Numbered from the stretch's first letter, positions 50,557 through 61,476 are shown. The stretch: DNA of 64,000 nt from Chitinophaga pinensis (GCA_945877575.1 CAMDUE010000006.1:32767-96766), one strand, 5' to 3'. Notes: generated by a model not told the origin, from the letters alone. Program-made: numbers and translations.

Positions 50557-51099
50557 ATGCCAAGGCGCATACAGTTCAAAGTTCGGAAGGTTTGGTGGAT
50601 TTTAGTCGTTTTTCTAGCGTCTTTTGTTGTGCCTTTATCAGCAAAATTTGCAAATACCCATGATTCAACGCATATTCCAAACCCTCAGGCATTTCAATCA
50701 ATTTCTCAAAGCATTGATAGTCTGATGCTTTGGTGCTTCGATAAAAAAGCACCACTCGGATTCGGACTTATGCCGGAATCTGATTTTTTAAACATGGTTC
50801 GCATGATAGATACAATTACACCCGATGTAATTGTGCATGGCCAGTACATGAATTATCGGTACCGCTTTCTCAATGGAATCAAAAAAATCCGCAAAAAAGC
50901 TTCCAAACAGGGGCTTTTTTACAAACAGATGGAATTTAATTCCACTCAATACATTTCGTACCGAAATCAAGGGATTTTACCAGTATGGCGGGTTGAATTC
51001 AAATTGAAACGAAGAAAAATCGCCTATAATTTTCGTTTTGAGTTGATAGAATGGAACGGCAATTGGTATGCTTCAGGTAGTCCTGAGTTTAGTTTGTAA
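50557..51099 (+). CDS. Hypothetical membrane-anchored or secreted protein
   Basis: N-terminal hydrophobic segment [17 protein letters not shown]. No recognised domain. Confidence 0.4.
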   Translation: MPRRIQFKVRKVWWILVVFLASFVVPLSAKFANTHDSTHIPNPQAFQSISQSIDSLMLWCFDKKAPLGFGLMPESDFLNMVRMIDTITPDVIVHGQYMNYRYRFLNGIKKIRKKASKQGLFYKQMEFNSTQYISYRNQGILPVWRVEFKLKRRKIAYNFRFELIEWNGNWYASGSPEFSL

Positions 51100-51105
51100 A
51101 CGGGT

Positions 51106-51858
51106 TTAAAAGTTTTTAAATCCAATAACTCTTTCTATTTTCATTTCAATTTCATCGTCTAGAGCGGGGAAGAGGTCTCGAGAAAGGATGGCTTCGAGGT
51201 AGTCAATGGTTACAGCGAATGTGGAAAGAGATGATTTACTGGATTGATTGGGAATGATAAAAGCGATTCCTCGGTCTATGCCCACAGTATCAACGATGGC
51301 TTTGAAAAAATAATCGGGAATGGTAACTGCGTTTCTAACGCCAATGTGTCGCTTCAAAGTATCCCCCAAAAGTGGTCCGGCACAGATGAATAAATGTGAG
51401 CCAGATCGCGCCTTGTCGCGGACTTTTTCTTCAAGAACTTTCCAAATGCCGCGATTGAATCCGGGAACTTGTGGTGAAATATTGCTCATGTAGAAACTTT
51501 CCCTCATGGCGTCTTCGTCCCAAAGCATATCTGCCGCAGGTACAAGATGTCCACGGTCATAACCTGATTTAGTATAGTCTGCACTGAGGCAAGTGGGGGG
51601 CTTTACCTGAGGGTCTTGCGTAAATCGGTTATTTCTTTCAGTAACTGATAATAAGCGTTTAGCAAAAAGTTCATACGCCACCCAATTGGGTTGGTGGTGT
51701 TGATGATTGTAAGAAGTGGCGTAGCCGGTGTGTTGTATGATTTTTTCGTTCGGACCTTTCTGAGGGATTTCTAATCGGGATAATTTTGGTTTTGGCTGAG
51801 CGGCAGTGGTTAAAAGCAGCAGCGCAACAGAAATTATAAAAATTCCCCCATGTTTCAT
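51106..51858 (-). CDS. Secreted DNA/RNA non-specific endonuclease (NucA/Serratia nuclease family)
   Basis: Signal peptide. Active-site motif YDRGHLVPAADM and a downstream N (SNISPQ). Confidence 0.8.
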   Translation of the reverse strand: MKHGGIFIISVALLLLTTAAQPKPKLSRLEIPQKGPNEKIIQHTGYATSYNHQHHQPNWVAYELFAKRLLSVTERNNRFTQDPQVKPPTCLSADYTKSGYDRGHLVPAADMLWDEDAMRESFYMSNISPQVPGFNRGIWKVLEEKVRDKARSGSHLFICAGPLLGDTLKRHIGVRNAVTIPDYFFKAIVDTVGIDRGIAFIIPNQSSKSSLSTFAVTIDYLEAILSRDLFPALDDEIEMKIERVIGFKNF

Positions 51859-51860
51859 AG

Positions 51861-52889
51861 CTAGTTTTCGTATTGTATGTCTTTCAATATGTTTCGTACA
51901 ATTCGAGGTCCTTCATAAATGAAACCAGTGTATACTTGCAATAGGCTAGCGCCGCGCATGAGTTTTTCGGTGGCATCATCACCGTTGAAAATACCCCCTA
52001 CACCAATAAGAGGAATCTTGCTGCCAAGTTCAATGCTCAAACTAGCAAGTATGGCATTGCTGGCTTCGAATAAGGGCAAACCACTCAATCCACCAGCACC
52101 AATTTTTTCTAGTTCATCGTGGTTGGTGTTCAATCCATCTCTAGAAACCGTTGTATTTGTAGCAATAACCCCTTGAACATTGAGCTTTTTAATAACGGCA
52201 ACCAATTTTTTCAGTCCACTCAATTGAAAATCAGGCGCAATTTTGATGAAAATAGGTTTAAATGAACTGCGTTGAGATCTAATTAGGTTCAATTTTTCAA
52301 AAAGTGGAACCAAAAATGCTTCGGTTTGTAAATCTCGCAGTCCGGGTGTATTGGGACTAGAAACATTGACCGTTATATAATCAACATGGTCGTAGATTTT
52401 CTCGAAACAAATGATGTAGTCATCTTCGGCAAATTCATTGGGAGTCTCTTTATTCTTACCAATGTTTCCACCAACAATTAACCCTTGTGGACGTTTTTTC
52501 AAACGTTCAACCATAGAATCAATACCTTGATTGTTGAAGCCCATCCTGTTGATAATGGCTTGGTCTTGAACCAAACGAAACAAACGGGGTTTGGGATTTC
52601 CGGATTGTCCAACAGGTGTAACGGTTCCGACTTCCACGTGACCAAAACCGAGATCTTTCCACAGATTTAAATGTTTAGCATCTTTATCAAATCCAGCGGC
52701 TAGTCCCACAATATTGGGGAAGTTGATGCCCGCAAATTCAACAGGTTTACTACAAACGGGTTTGACGTAGATGCGCATCAGACTGTTTAAAATGGGAATG
52801 CGAAAAGCGGCTTCCATAAGGTTAAGAGCCACTTCATGTGCCCTTTCGGGCGACATAAGAAATAATATGAATCGAACTATCTGATACAT
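51861..52889 (-). CDS. pyrD: Dihydroorotate dehydrogenase (quinone), class 2
   Basis: GLAAGFDK, GHVEVGTVTP, NVSSPNTPGLR and GVGGI motifs. Confidence 0.92.
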   Translation of the reverse strand: MYQIVRFILFLMSPERAHEVALNLMEAAFRIPILNSLMRIYVKPVCSKPVEFAGINFPNIVGLAAGFDKDAKHLNLWKDLGFGHVEVGTVTPVGQSGNPKPRLFRLVQDQAIINRMGFNNQGIDSMVERLKKRPQGLIVGGNIGKNKETPNEFAEDDYIICFEKIYDHVDYITVNVSSPNTPGLRDLQTEAFLVPLFEKLNLIRSQRSSFKPIFIKIAPDFQLSGLKKLVAVIKKLNVQGVIATNTTVSRDGLNTNHDELEKIGAGGLSGLPLFEASNAILASLSIELGSKIPLIGVGGIFNGDDATEKLMRGASLLQVYTGFIYEGPRIVRNILKDIQYEN

Positions 52890-52928
52890 GAGCGTAAATC
52901 TACTTCACTAAAATTTTGCCAAAGTTGA

Positions 52929-54428
52929 TTAATGTTTAAAATGTCTGATGCCTGTTGTGACCATGGCCATATTGTGGTCATTGCAGTAATTAATACTTTC
53001 TTGATCCTTGATAGAGCCACCAGGTTGAATAACAGCGGTGATACCTGCTTTATCTGCAATTTCTACGCAATCTGGGAATGGGAAAAATGCATCACTCGCC
53101 ATAACTGCTCCTTTTAAGTCAAAGCCAAACTTATTCGCTTTATCAATGGCTTGAACCAACGCATCAACGCGGCTGGTTTGTCCCGTTCCGCTAGCAAGTA
53201 GTTGTCCATTTTTGGTCAATACAATGGTATTGCTCTTGGTTTGTTTAACCAGCTTTACGGCAAATTCCAAGTCTTGGTATTCTTGTTCCGTTGGCGCAAC
53301 ATGTGTAACTACGGTCATATTGTCACGCGTTTCAGTTGCGTTGTCGCGCTCTTGAACCAAGGTTCCATTAAGAGCTGTTCTGTAAATGGTTTGTTGAACT
53401 TCCTTCAGGTCTTTAGAGCGAAGTATGATTCTGTTGGTTTTCGCTTTCAATGTTTGGAGAGCTTCTTCAGAATACGAGGGGGCAATCAAGACTTCGAAAA
53501 ACAAATTATTTATTTGTTGTGCTGTTTCAGTATCAATAGCGTGGTTGCATGCTAGAATACCGCCAAAAGCGCTCACTGGGTCACAAGCTAAAGCGTCTGT
53601 CCAGCTTTGTAAAACCGTTGGCCTTGTTGCAACACCGCAAGCATTGTTGTGTTTAATGATGACAAAAGTAGATCCTTCATTTTCATTGAATTCGTTCAAT
53701 AAATTAACAGCACTGTCTACGTCAAGTAAATTGTTGTAGCTCAATTCTTTACCTTGTATTTTGTCAAATAATTGATCTAAATTTCCGGTAAAATGCGCTT
53801 TTTGATGAGGATTTTCACCGTAGCGCAAAGGGGTAGTGGTGTGATCCGCAAACCAATCAGCAATTTGTCCGTCGTATTGAGCGGTTACTGCAAAGGCTTT
53901 TCCAGCGTAGGATTTGCGTTGATCAAGGGAAAGAGAGCCGTTGCCTGTTTGGTAATCTGATAAAAATTGAGTATATTCTTTTTTGTCGGCCACAATACAA
54001 CAATGTGCATGATTCTTTGCCGCAGCGCGTATCAATGAAACACCGCCAATATCTATTTTTTCGATAATTTCTTGTTCTGTACCACCGTCAGCCACCGTTT
54101 GAGCAAATGGATAAAGGTCAACAATTACCAAATCATACAATGGTATCTCGTATTGAGCGATTTCTTGCATATCAGATTGCAATTCTCTGCGAGCAAGAAT
54201 ACCTCCAAACACTTTTGGGTGTAAGGTTTTGACGCGGCCACCTAGAATGCTAGGATAGCCAGTGATGTCTTCAACGGCAACACAGGGTAGTCCAAGATCT
54301 TCAATGAACTTTCTGGTTCCACCGGTGGAATAAAGGGTCACATTTTGTTGATGAAGAGCCTTCACAATAGGCTCTAATCCGTCTTTGTAAAAAACTGAAA
54401 TAAGTGCTGAACGAATAGGTGAATTCAC
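52929..54428 (-). CDS. purH: Bifunctional AICAR transformylase / IMP cyclohydrolase
   Basis: ALISV.YKDG, STGGT, GGRVKTLHP, and a C-terminal VIQPGGS...RHFKH. Confidence 0.95.
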   Translation of the reverse strand: MNSPIRSALISVFYKDGLEPIVKALHQQNVTLYSTGGTRKFIEDLGLPCVAVEDITGYPSILGGRVKTLHPKVFGGILARRELQSDMQEIAQYEIPLYDLVIVDLYPFAQTVADGGTEQEIIEKIDIGGVSLIRAAAKNHAHCCIVADKKEYTQFLSDYQTGNGSLSLDQRKSYAGKAFAVTAQYDGQIADWFADHTTTPLRYGENPHQKAHFTGNLDQLFDKIQGKELSYNNLLDVDSAVNLLNEFNENEGSTFVIIKHNNACGVATRPTVLQSWTDALACDPVSAFGGILACNHAIDTETAQQINNLFFEVLIAPSYSEEALQTLKAKTNRIILRSKDLKEVQQTIYRTALNGTLVQERDNATETRDNMTVVTHVAPTEQEYQDLEFAVKLVKQTKSNTIVLTKNGQLLASGTGQTSRVDALVQAIDKANKFGFDLKGAVMASDAFFPFPDCVEIADKAGITAVIQPGGSIKDQESINYCNDHNMAMVTTGIRHFKH

Positions 54429-54470
54429 TCGGCAAATTTACGCAATTAGAAGGCCTTGACTCGTAGATGT

Positions 54471-54677
54471 TTACAACTTTTTGAGAACTTCAGGGTCTAA
54501 TGTTAGACTCCCCGCCCCATGTTTGGGCAAGTATGGACAATGCCTGCAGCCACTGCCACAGCACTGCTTTTTTTTAGCTAAAAAACGCTCAGTGAAAACG
54601 CAAAATCCGTTTTCCCAATAATAATCTTCGTGTTCTTTGGCTTTACTAAAGGTGCGTTTTACTCCTTCCCGTGACAT
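54471..54677 (-). CDS. Small Cys-rich protein (DUF5522-like, CCGSGCRHCPY motif)
   Basis: 68 aa with a C-x-x... CCGSGCRHCPY cluster. Its start overlaps the secA 3' end by 19 nt. The family name is recalled from memory and not verified. Confidence 0.5.
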   Translation of the reverse strand: MSREGVKRTFSKAKEHEDYYWENGFCVFTERFLAKKKQCCGSGCRHCPYLPKHGAGSLTLDPEVLKKL

Positions 54678-57600
54678 TGCTTAAATTTCTTACCACTTCC
54701 GCAAGGACAAGGGTCGTTGCGTCCGACCTTCATTTCATTTTTTATGGGGTTTTGGGTAGGAACTGCGCGTTGTTCTGCCTCAGAGGTAGATCCTGAAGTT
54801 GTTTCTTCTTTCGATGCTACTACTTTTGGGTTTTCACGGCGGGGAGTATTTCTTGCCTCGCTCACTTCACCTTCTGTGTAAATTCGAGTTCTGAACAGCA
54901 GTCCCAGAATTTTTTGATTCAACCTTTGCAACATTTGACCGTACAATTCAAAACTTTCAATTTTGTAAATGAGCAGTGGGTCTTTTTGTTCGTATTGAGC
55001 GTTTGAAGTACTTTGTTTTAATTCGTCAAGTTCACGCAAATGCTCTTTCCATTCTTCATCAATAGATTGTAAAGTAACAGACTTTTCAAAATCGCGAACC
55101 ATTGATTCACAACCAGAATTTAATGCCGCTTGCATAGGAACGGTAACTTGGAAGTTGTGAATTCCATCTGTCATAGGTACCACTACATTTTCAATTCTAT
55201 CGCCTTGTGCTTCTCTGATCTGTGAAAATACTGGGAGTGCTTGCGCTGCTAATTGCTCTGATTTATGTAGATATTGTTGGGTCAAACCATCAAAAAGTAA
55301 GTCAACCAACTTCTCATCTTTACTACTATTGTAGGTTGCTTCATCGAATTGGGGCGCCATTGCAAGTGTGCGAATGACTTCCATTTCAAATTCTTCAAAA
55401 CTATAGTTGTTGTTTTTGGCTTGTGAAATGGTTTCAACAGACCAATTTTCTAACATATTGCGCAAATCAATGCTAAGTTTGTCACCAAACAAGGCATTTC
55501 TTCTGATGCGATAGATGCTGCTTCTTTGCTGATTCATCACGTCATCGTATTCCAACAAACGTTTACGAATTCCAAAGTTATTTTGCTCCATGCGCTTTTG
55601 GTTGCGTTCAATGGTTTTGGTCATCCAAGAGTGCTCAATTACATCACCCTCTTTGTACCCGAATTTATCCATGAAGTTGGCCACTTTTTCTGATCCGAAA
55701 ATGCGCATCAAATCATCTTCCAAAGAAACATAGAATCTAGACGTTCCTGAGTCTCCTTGACGTCCAGCACGTCCGCGTAACTGTCTGTCTACGCGTCTAC
55801 TTTCATGTCTTTCTGTACCAATGATGGCCAATCCACCAGCGGCTTTAACTTCGTCAGAAATTTTGATATCCGTTCCACGGCCTGCCATATTGGTCGCAAT
55901 GGTAACAGCTCCAGGCAAACCCGCATCGGCAACAACCTCAGCTTCTTTCTGATGCTGCTTGGCATTCAAAACGTTGTGTTTGATGCCTCGAAGCTTCAAC
56001 ATTCTCGAGAGTAATTCACTCACTTCTACTGACGTTGTACCCACCAAAACCGGACGTTTTTGCTCGGTCATGGCAACAATTTCATCAATTACAGCGTTGT
56101 ATTTTTCGCGCTTGGTTTTGTAAACCAAGTCTTCTTTATCAATACGAGCAATCGGGCGATTGGTAGGAATTACCTTCACACCCAATTTGTAAATATCCCA
56201 AAGTTCTTGTGCTTCCGTTTCTGCCGTACCCGTCATACCCGATAATTTATGGTACATACGGAAGTAGTTTTGCAAAGTAACCGTTGCATAGGTTTGCGTT
56301 GCGGCTTCTACTTTAACGTTCTCTTTTGCTTCAATAGCCTGGTGCAGTCCGTCGCTGTATCGACGACCATCCATTACACGACCGGTTTGTTCGTCTACGA
56401 TTTTTACTTTGCTGTCTTGCAAAATGTACTCAACGTCGCGTTCAAACAAGGTGTAGGCTTTCAATAACTGATGAACAGAATGGATGCGTTCGCTTTTTTC
56501 AGAAAACTCTTGCATTAAGCGAGTTTTTCTTTGAGTTTTTTCTTCGGGGGATGCTGAGCTGCGCTCAATTTCAGCCATTTCTGAACCTACATCAGGCAAC
56601 ACAAAGAAATGGGGGTCTTCACCACCTTGAGTGATCATCTCAATCCCTTTGTCAGTCAAATCAACTGAGTTGGATTTTTCATCGATGGTAAAAAACAAAG
56701 GTGCATCTGCTTTTGGCATCTCTTTTTGTTGGTCTGCCAAATAGTGGTTTTCCACTTTGATAAGCAAACTTCTCATGCCCGACTCACCCAAGAATTTGAT
56801 TAAATTTCTATTTTTGGGAAGCGCTCTGTGTGCACGGAACAAAGCTAATCCGCCATCGCCTTCAAGAGGGCCGTCTTTGCCTTCGCCAATCAAACGCTTG
56901 GCGTCAGATAAACACTGGGTTGCATATTTCTTTTGAGCTTCAACCAATGCATGAATGCGGGGTTTCAGAACATCAAATTGCTGAATATCTCCACGAGGAG
57001 TTGGACCGCTTATAATCAAAGGTGTTCTAGCATCGTCAATCAATACAGAATCTACCTCATCAATGATGGCGTAATGATGTTTTCCTTGAACTAATTCATT
57101 GGGCTCGTGCACCATATTGTCACGCAAATAGTCGAAACCAAATTCGTTATTTGTACCGTAGGTGATATCAGCTTGGTAGGCTTTGCGGCGCTCTTCGCTG
57201 TTAGGACGGTGGTATTCCAAACAATCGACTGTAAGTCCCAAGAAATTAAAAACAGGCATGTTCCACTCGGCGTCACGACGAGCAAGGTAATCATTGACTG
57301 TTACCATGTGCACACCGCGTCCGCCAAGGGCGTTTAAGTAAGCAGGTAGAGTTGAAACCAACGTTTTACCTTCACCTGTTCCCATTTCGGCGATGTTGCC
57401 ACTGTGTAGAGCGTAACCTCCAATCAACTGAACATCATAATGTACCATGTTCCACTTGATTTTACCTCCTGCGGCAAGCCATTCATTGGCGTATTGCACT
57501 TGGTCACCGCTAATTTGTATGTGAGGTTTTGTGGTGGCTAATTCACGATCTAAGGGGGTAGCGGTGGCAGAAACTACTTCGTTTTCAGCAAATCTGCGGG

Positions 57601-57970
57601 CCGTCTCCTTGATGGTGGCGAATGCCTCGGGAAGAAGATCTTTCAAAACATCTTCCAATTTGGCATCTCTGCTTTTTTCTAAGTCAGCTACTTCCTTGAA
57701 AAGCTGTTCTTTTTGATCTATGGCTTCATTGCCCAGTTCTTTTATTTGATTTTGAATATCAAGTAGTTGATTATCAATATCTTTTAATTGTTCTGCAATT
57801 CTGCTTTTGAACTCGGTAGTTTTCCCACGAAGTTCATCGTTGCTTAATGTAGAATAAGAATTGTAGTATTCATTGATGGCGTCAACCACGGGCTGAACCT
57901 CTTTCAAGGCCTTTTCGTGTGCACTACCACCGAAGATCTTGGCGATTCCGCCTAATATATTTCCAAACAT
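54659..57970 (-). CDS. secA: Preprotein translocase ATPase SecA
   Basis: DEAD-motor motifs (MGTGEGKTL, IIDEVDS, TNMAGRGTDI). C-terminal zinc finger CPCGSGKKFKQCHG. Start at MFGNILGG. Confidence 0.98.
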   Translation of the reverse strand: MFGNILGGIAKIFGGSAHEKALKEVQPVVDAINEYYNSYSTLSNDELRGKTTEFKSRIAEQLKDIDNQLLDIQNQIKELGNEAIDQKEQLFKEVADLEKSRDAKLEDVLKDLLPEAFATIKETARRFAENEVVSATATPLDRELATTKPHIQISGDQVQYANEWLAAGGKIKWNMVHYDVQLIGGYALHSGNIAEMGTGEGKTLVSTLPAYLNALGGRGVHMVTVNDYLARRDAEWNMPVFNFLGLTVDCLEYHRPNSEERRKAYQADITYGTNNEFGFDYLRDNMVHEPNELVQGKHHYAIIDEVDSVLIDDARTPLIISGPTPRGDIQQFDVLKPRIHALVEAQKKYATQCLSDAKRLIGEGKDGPLEGDGGLALFRAHRALPKNRNLIKFLGESGMRSLLIKVENHYLADQQKEMPKADAPLFFTIDEKSNSVDLTDKGIEMITQGGEDPHFFVLPDVGSEMAEIERSSASPEEKTQRKTRLMQEFSEKSERIHSVHQLLKAYTLFERDVEYILQDSKVKIVDEQTGRVMDGRRYSDGLHQAIEAKENVKVEAATQTYATVTLQNYFRMYHKLSGMTGTAETEAQELWDIYKLGVKVIPTNRPIARIDKEDLVYKTKREKYNAVIDEIVAMTEQKRPVLVGTTSVEVSELLSRMLKLRGIKHNVLNAKQHQKEAEVVADAGLPGAVTIATNMAGRGTDIKISDEVKAAGGLAIIGTERHESRRVDRQLRGRAGRQGDSGTSRFYVSLEDDLMRIFGSEKVANFMDKFGYKEGDVIEHSWMTKTIERNQKRMEQNNFGIRKRLLEYDDVMNQQRSSIYRIRRNALFGDKLSIDLRNMLENWSVETISQAKNNNYSFEEFEMEVIRTLAMAPQFDEATYNSSKDEKLVDLLFDGLTQQYLHKSEQLAAQALPVFSQIREAQGDRIENVVVPMTDGIHNFQVTVPMQAALNSGCESMVRDFEKSVTLQSIDEEWKEHLRELDELKQSTSNAQYEQKDPLLIYKIESFELYGQMLQRLNQKILGLLFRTRIYTEGEVSEARNTPRRENPKVVASKEETTSGSTSEAEQRAVPTQNPIKNEMKVGRNDPCPCGSGKKFKQCHGKE

Positions 57971-58129
57971 AACTGAAAAATGCAAAGTTACGGTTTTTTG
58001 ACGTGCCTTTAAAGTGACTGATAGCCTCTTTTTACATTTTCGTCGGAATTTATTTTGTTAAATTTTTAAGACAAAGATTAAACAAAATCTTTAACAGTAT
58101 GTTTATCTGTCATAGAGTTTAAAGTATCG

Positions 58130-60535
58130 ATGAAAAAGTATGTGTTCTTAATCCTGGTGGCGTGTTTCTTCGCATCAGGAGTTCAGGCTCAGGGCCTAGA
58201 AATTAAAGGAGTAGTGGTTAGTTCAGATGACAATCTTCCCATTTCAGGCGCTAAGTTGAGTATTTATAAAACTGATTATTCAGCCACTTCAGATAAGGAA
58301 GGGAAGTTTATCATCACCATCAAAGAGCCCGGTTTCTATTCTGTTACGGCCGAAGCAATCGGATTTAAGTCGGCGAACAGTTACGAACAGTTATTCACTT
58401 TCGATAAGCAAATCCCCATCACCATTGAGTTGATTCGTGAAGAATCTATCGATGCCATTGGTGAGGTTAGTATTCGCAAATCTTCCCTCCAAAAAAGAAG
58501 CGCTGAATCGCCTTTGTCCTCTCAGGAGCTTTCCATTCGTGAAATAGAACGTAATCCAGGTGGTAACAGAGATATCTCCAAAATCATTCAGTCTTTGCCA
58601 GGCGTGATAAGCATTCCCGGTTTCAGAAACGATGTGGTAATTAGAGGTGGTGCGCCGTCGGAAAATAAATTTTACCTAGACGGAATTGAAATTCCAGTAA
58701 TCAACCACTTTCAAACTCAAGGAAGTACTGGCGGACCTGTTGGACTTTTAAACGTAAACTTCATTAAAAGTGTAAACTTGAGCACTGGGGCTTTCCCCTT
58801 GAATTATAGCAATGGATTGAGCTCTGTGCTTGAATTTCAGCAAATTGAAGGCAATAAACAAAAAGGAAAATACCGTTTTACAGTAGGAAGTTCTGATTTA
58901 GGACTTACCGCTGACGGGCCTATTGGTAAAAAAGCAACCTACATATTTTCAGCTCGTCAGAGTTACTTACAAGGGTTGTTTTCGCTTTTAGGATTGCCGT
59001 TTTTGCCTAATTTTATTGATTATCAAGGTAAACTAAACGTTGATCTTGGCAAGCGCGATAAATTGGCGGTGATTGTGGTTGGCGCATTTGATTTCTTTCG
59101 ATTGAATACCGGCGTAAACGATAGAATTACCGATAGCCTTCAATTGAAGTCGAACAAGTATATTTTGGGTTATTTGCCTGATTACAATCAATGGAATTAT
59201 GCCTTTGGAACCGTTTATACGCATTTGGGTAAGCGCACAAAAACACAGGTGTTTTTGTCGAGAAACATGTTGTACAACGAAACCAACAAGTTCAAAGACA
59301 ACGATGAAAGCAAGCCAGAAAATCTCATTTTGAACTACGTCAGCACCGAAGAAGAAAACAAATTAAGAGTGGAACATTCTGGTAAAACCCGCCGTTGGAA
59401 ATGGATGGTTGGCGGTGGATCCGAATACGCTCAATACGGTATTGATAATATGGCCAATATCGTTACTCCATTTGGGGTTCAAAAAATAGATTTTGAAAGC
59501 AATTTGGAAGGATTTAAATACAGCGCATTCGGAAGAGTTTCGGGCGACTTTAAAGGGACTTTGATTTCTGGTGGATTGAGATTTGACGGAGCTAACTACG
59601 GAAAAAATACCCGCAATCCATTAGGCCAGCCAACCGTGAGTTTATCTGCCTCAGTTCCTGTTGCAAAAAATATTTACTTCAACGCCAACGTAGGTCAATT
59701 CCATCAATTGCCAACTTATTCAATTATTGGATATAGAGTTGGAAACACCTTGGTCAATAGAGATCGCATTGATTATATCAGAAATCGCATGGTTGCTGCG
59801 GGATTTCAATACAACAAAGGGCAAGAGACCAAAATTACGGTTGAGGGTTTTTACAAGCACTATTCAAATTATCCGTTTGCGTTGAACGATAGTATCAGTT
59901 TGGCTAATTTGGGGGTTGATTTTGCAGTAGTTGGAAATGAGCCTGTGAGTTCTTTTGGTAGGGGACGGGCATATGGGGCAGAGTTTCTCATTCAGCGTCG
60001 ATCACGCACGGGTCTTTACGGAATTGCCAGCTACACATTGGCATGGTCTCAATTTGAAGACAAGCGCGGACAATTTGTAGAGAGTTCATGGGATTCTAGA
60101 CATACTGTGAGTTTGACAGCGGGTAAAAAGCTCAAGAAGAATTGGGAGATTGGTGCAAAGTGGAGATTCGTTACAGGTAGACCATATACTCCAGATGATA
60201 TTGCTCGAAGTATGCAAACTCAATATTGGGATGTACGCGGAATTGCGCTTCCAGATTACAATCGCTTAAACTCTGCTAGATTGAGCAATTTCAATCAGTT
60301 TGATATTCGTGTAGACAAGGTTTGGTACAAAAAGAAGTGGTCTTTAGACTTGTATTTTGACATTCAGAACTTCTTCAACGCGAAGTTCTATGGCCCAGAA
60401 ACACTAATAGCTGCTCAAGATAATCAGGGTAATTTAATCAAAGACCCAAATAATCCGAACAGCTATCAGTCTGAATTTCTTCCCAATGAATCAGGAACAG
60501 TGCTCCCAACCATCGGAATTATTTTAGATTTTTAA
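58130..60535 (+). CDS. TonB-dependent-receptor-like outer-membrane protein with an N-terminal carboxypeptidase-regulatory-like domain
   Basis: Signal peptide and a CarbopepD_reg-like GVVVSSDDNLPISGAKL...DKEGKF. Plug-like IIQSLPGV and VIRGGAPSENKFYLDGIEI. A long beta-barrel ends in F. Confidence 0.75.
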   Translation: MKKYVFLILVACFFASGVQAQGLEIKGVVVSSDDNLPISGAKLSIYKTDYSATSDKEGKFIITIKEPGFYSVTAEAIGFKSANSYEQLFTFDKQIPITIELIREESIDAIGEVSIRKSSLQKRSAESPLSSQELSIREIERNPGGNRDISKIIQSLPGVISIPGFRNDVVIRGGAPSENKFYLDGIEIPVINHFQTQGSTGGPVGLLNVNFIKSVNLSTGAFPLNYSNGLSSVLEFQQIEGNKQKGKYRFTVGSSDLGLTADGPIGKKATYIFSARQSYLQGLFSLLGLPFLPNFIDYQGKLNVDLGKRDKLAVIVVGAFDFFRLNTGVNDRITDSLQLKSNKYILGYLPDYNQWNYAFGTVYTHLGKRTKTQVFLSRNMLYNETNKFKDNDESKPENLILNYVSTEEENKLRVEHSGKTRRWKWMVGGGSEYAQYGIDNMANIVTPFGVQKIDFESNLEGFKYSAFGRVSGDFKGTLISGGLRFDGANYGKNTRNPLGQPTVSLSASVPVAKNIYFNANVGQFHQLPTYSIIGYRVGNTLVNRDRIDYIRNRMVAAGFQYNKGQETKITVEGFYKHYSNYPFALNDSISLANLGVDFAVVGNEPVSSFGRGRAYGAEFLIQRRSRTGLYGIASYTLAWSQFEDKRGQFVESSWDSRHTVSLTAGKKLKKNWEIGAKWRFVTGRPYTPDDIARSMQTQYWDVRGIALPDYNRLNSARLSNFNQFDIRVDKVWYKKKWSLDLYFDIQNFFNAKFYGPETLIAAQDNQGNLIKDPNNPNSYQSEFLPNESGTVLPTIGIILDF

Positions 60536-61401
60536 TAGTTATAGCTGAATCCAGTTTCGGTAGGGTGGATACACATAACAGCCACCTTACCGGCTCTGTT
60601 TACGAGCTGCTGGGTCATGGTACCAATAATCAATTCGCTGATTCCTTTTTCCATGTGAGTCATAGCAACAATTAAATCGGCATCGGTGATGTTTGCATAA
60701 TTGTGTACTTCAGTTGCAAAGTTGTCAAGCAAAGAATCTTTGAATTCATAAAGCTTGTATTTCACTTTATGAGTGTTCAATGCAGTTTCAACCAATTTGA
60801 TATTGGCTAACATTCGGTTGCTAAGGTATTCATCATCTGGACGGGTATACACAATGTGAATTTCAGAATTGAATTTTTGCGCAATATTGATTCCCCAGTC
60901 TAATTTTTGACGCGATTCTACAGTCAAATCAAACGGCATAACAATTTTCTTGTATCCATCAGAAGAAACGGTAGAGTTTTTCACTACAACTACGGGTACT
61001 TCAGCATATTGAATGGTTCTTGAAGCATTTGACCCAACAATGCGCTCCAATCCGCTAGCACCATGGCTTCCCATGATGATGGAGTCGTATTTTTCAATGT
61101 TTGCAGTTTCTGCAACCACTTTATACACTTTACCAGATCCAATTCTAGTAGCTACTTTAATCCCGGTTTCTTTAGCAATGGCTTCTGCACGCACTTGAAG
61201 TTTGGTTTGCATAGCATCTTTCAATAAATCAGATTGTGATTTTGAGAAAATACTACCCAAAAGACCTTCTTCTATGACATACATCAAAGTAATTTCATTC
61301 TTGTAGGCTTTTGCTACATTGATTGCATGCTTTACAGCGCATTCGGCCACATCCGAAAAATCGGTAGGCACCAAAATATTGTTGTTGGTTTGTCTAGACA
61401 T
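60532..61401 (-). CDS. Tandem universal stress protein (UspA family)
   Basis: Two Usp domains (ILVPTDFSD...IIMGSHGASG and a second half with LIIGTMTQQLV). Confidence 0.8.
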   Translation of the reverse strand: MSRQTNNNILVPTDFSDVAECAVKHAINVAKAYKNEITLMYVIEEGLLGSIFSKSQSDLLKDAMQTKLQVRAEAIAKETGIKVATRIGSGKVYKVVAETANIEKYDSIIMGSHGASGLERIVGSNASRTIQYAEVPVVVVKNSTVSSDGYKKIVMPFDLTVESRQKLDWGINIAQKFNSEIHIVYTRPDDEYLSNRMLANIKLVETALNTHKVKYKLYEFKDSLLDNFATEVHNYANITDADLIVAMTHMEKGISELIIGTMTQQLVNRAGKVAVMCIHPTETGFSYNY

Positions 61402-61476
61402 AACTGACTAATTCTAATGATGCAAAGTTACAAACAAAAGTGAGCAGAATCTATGACGTAAGTCAGGATTGCTAAC

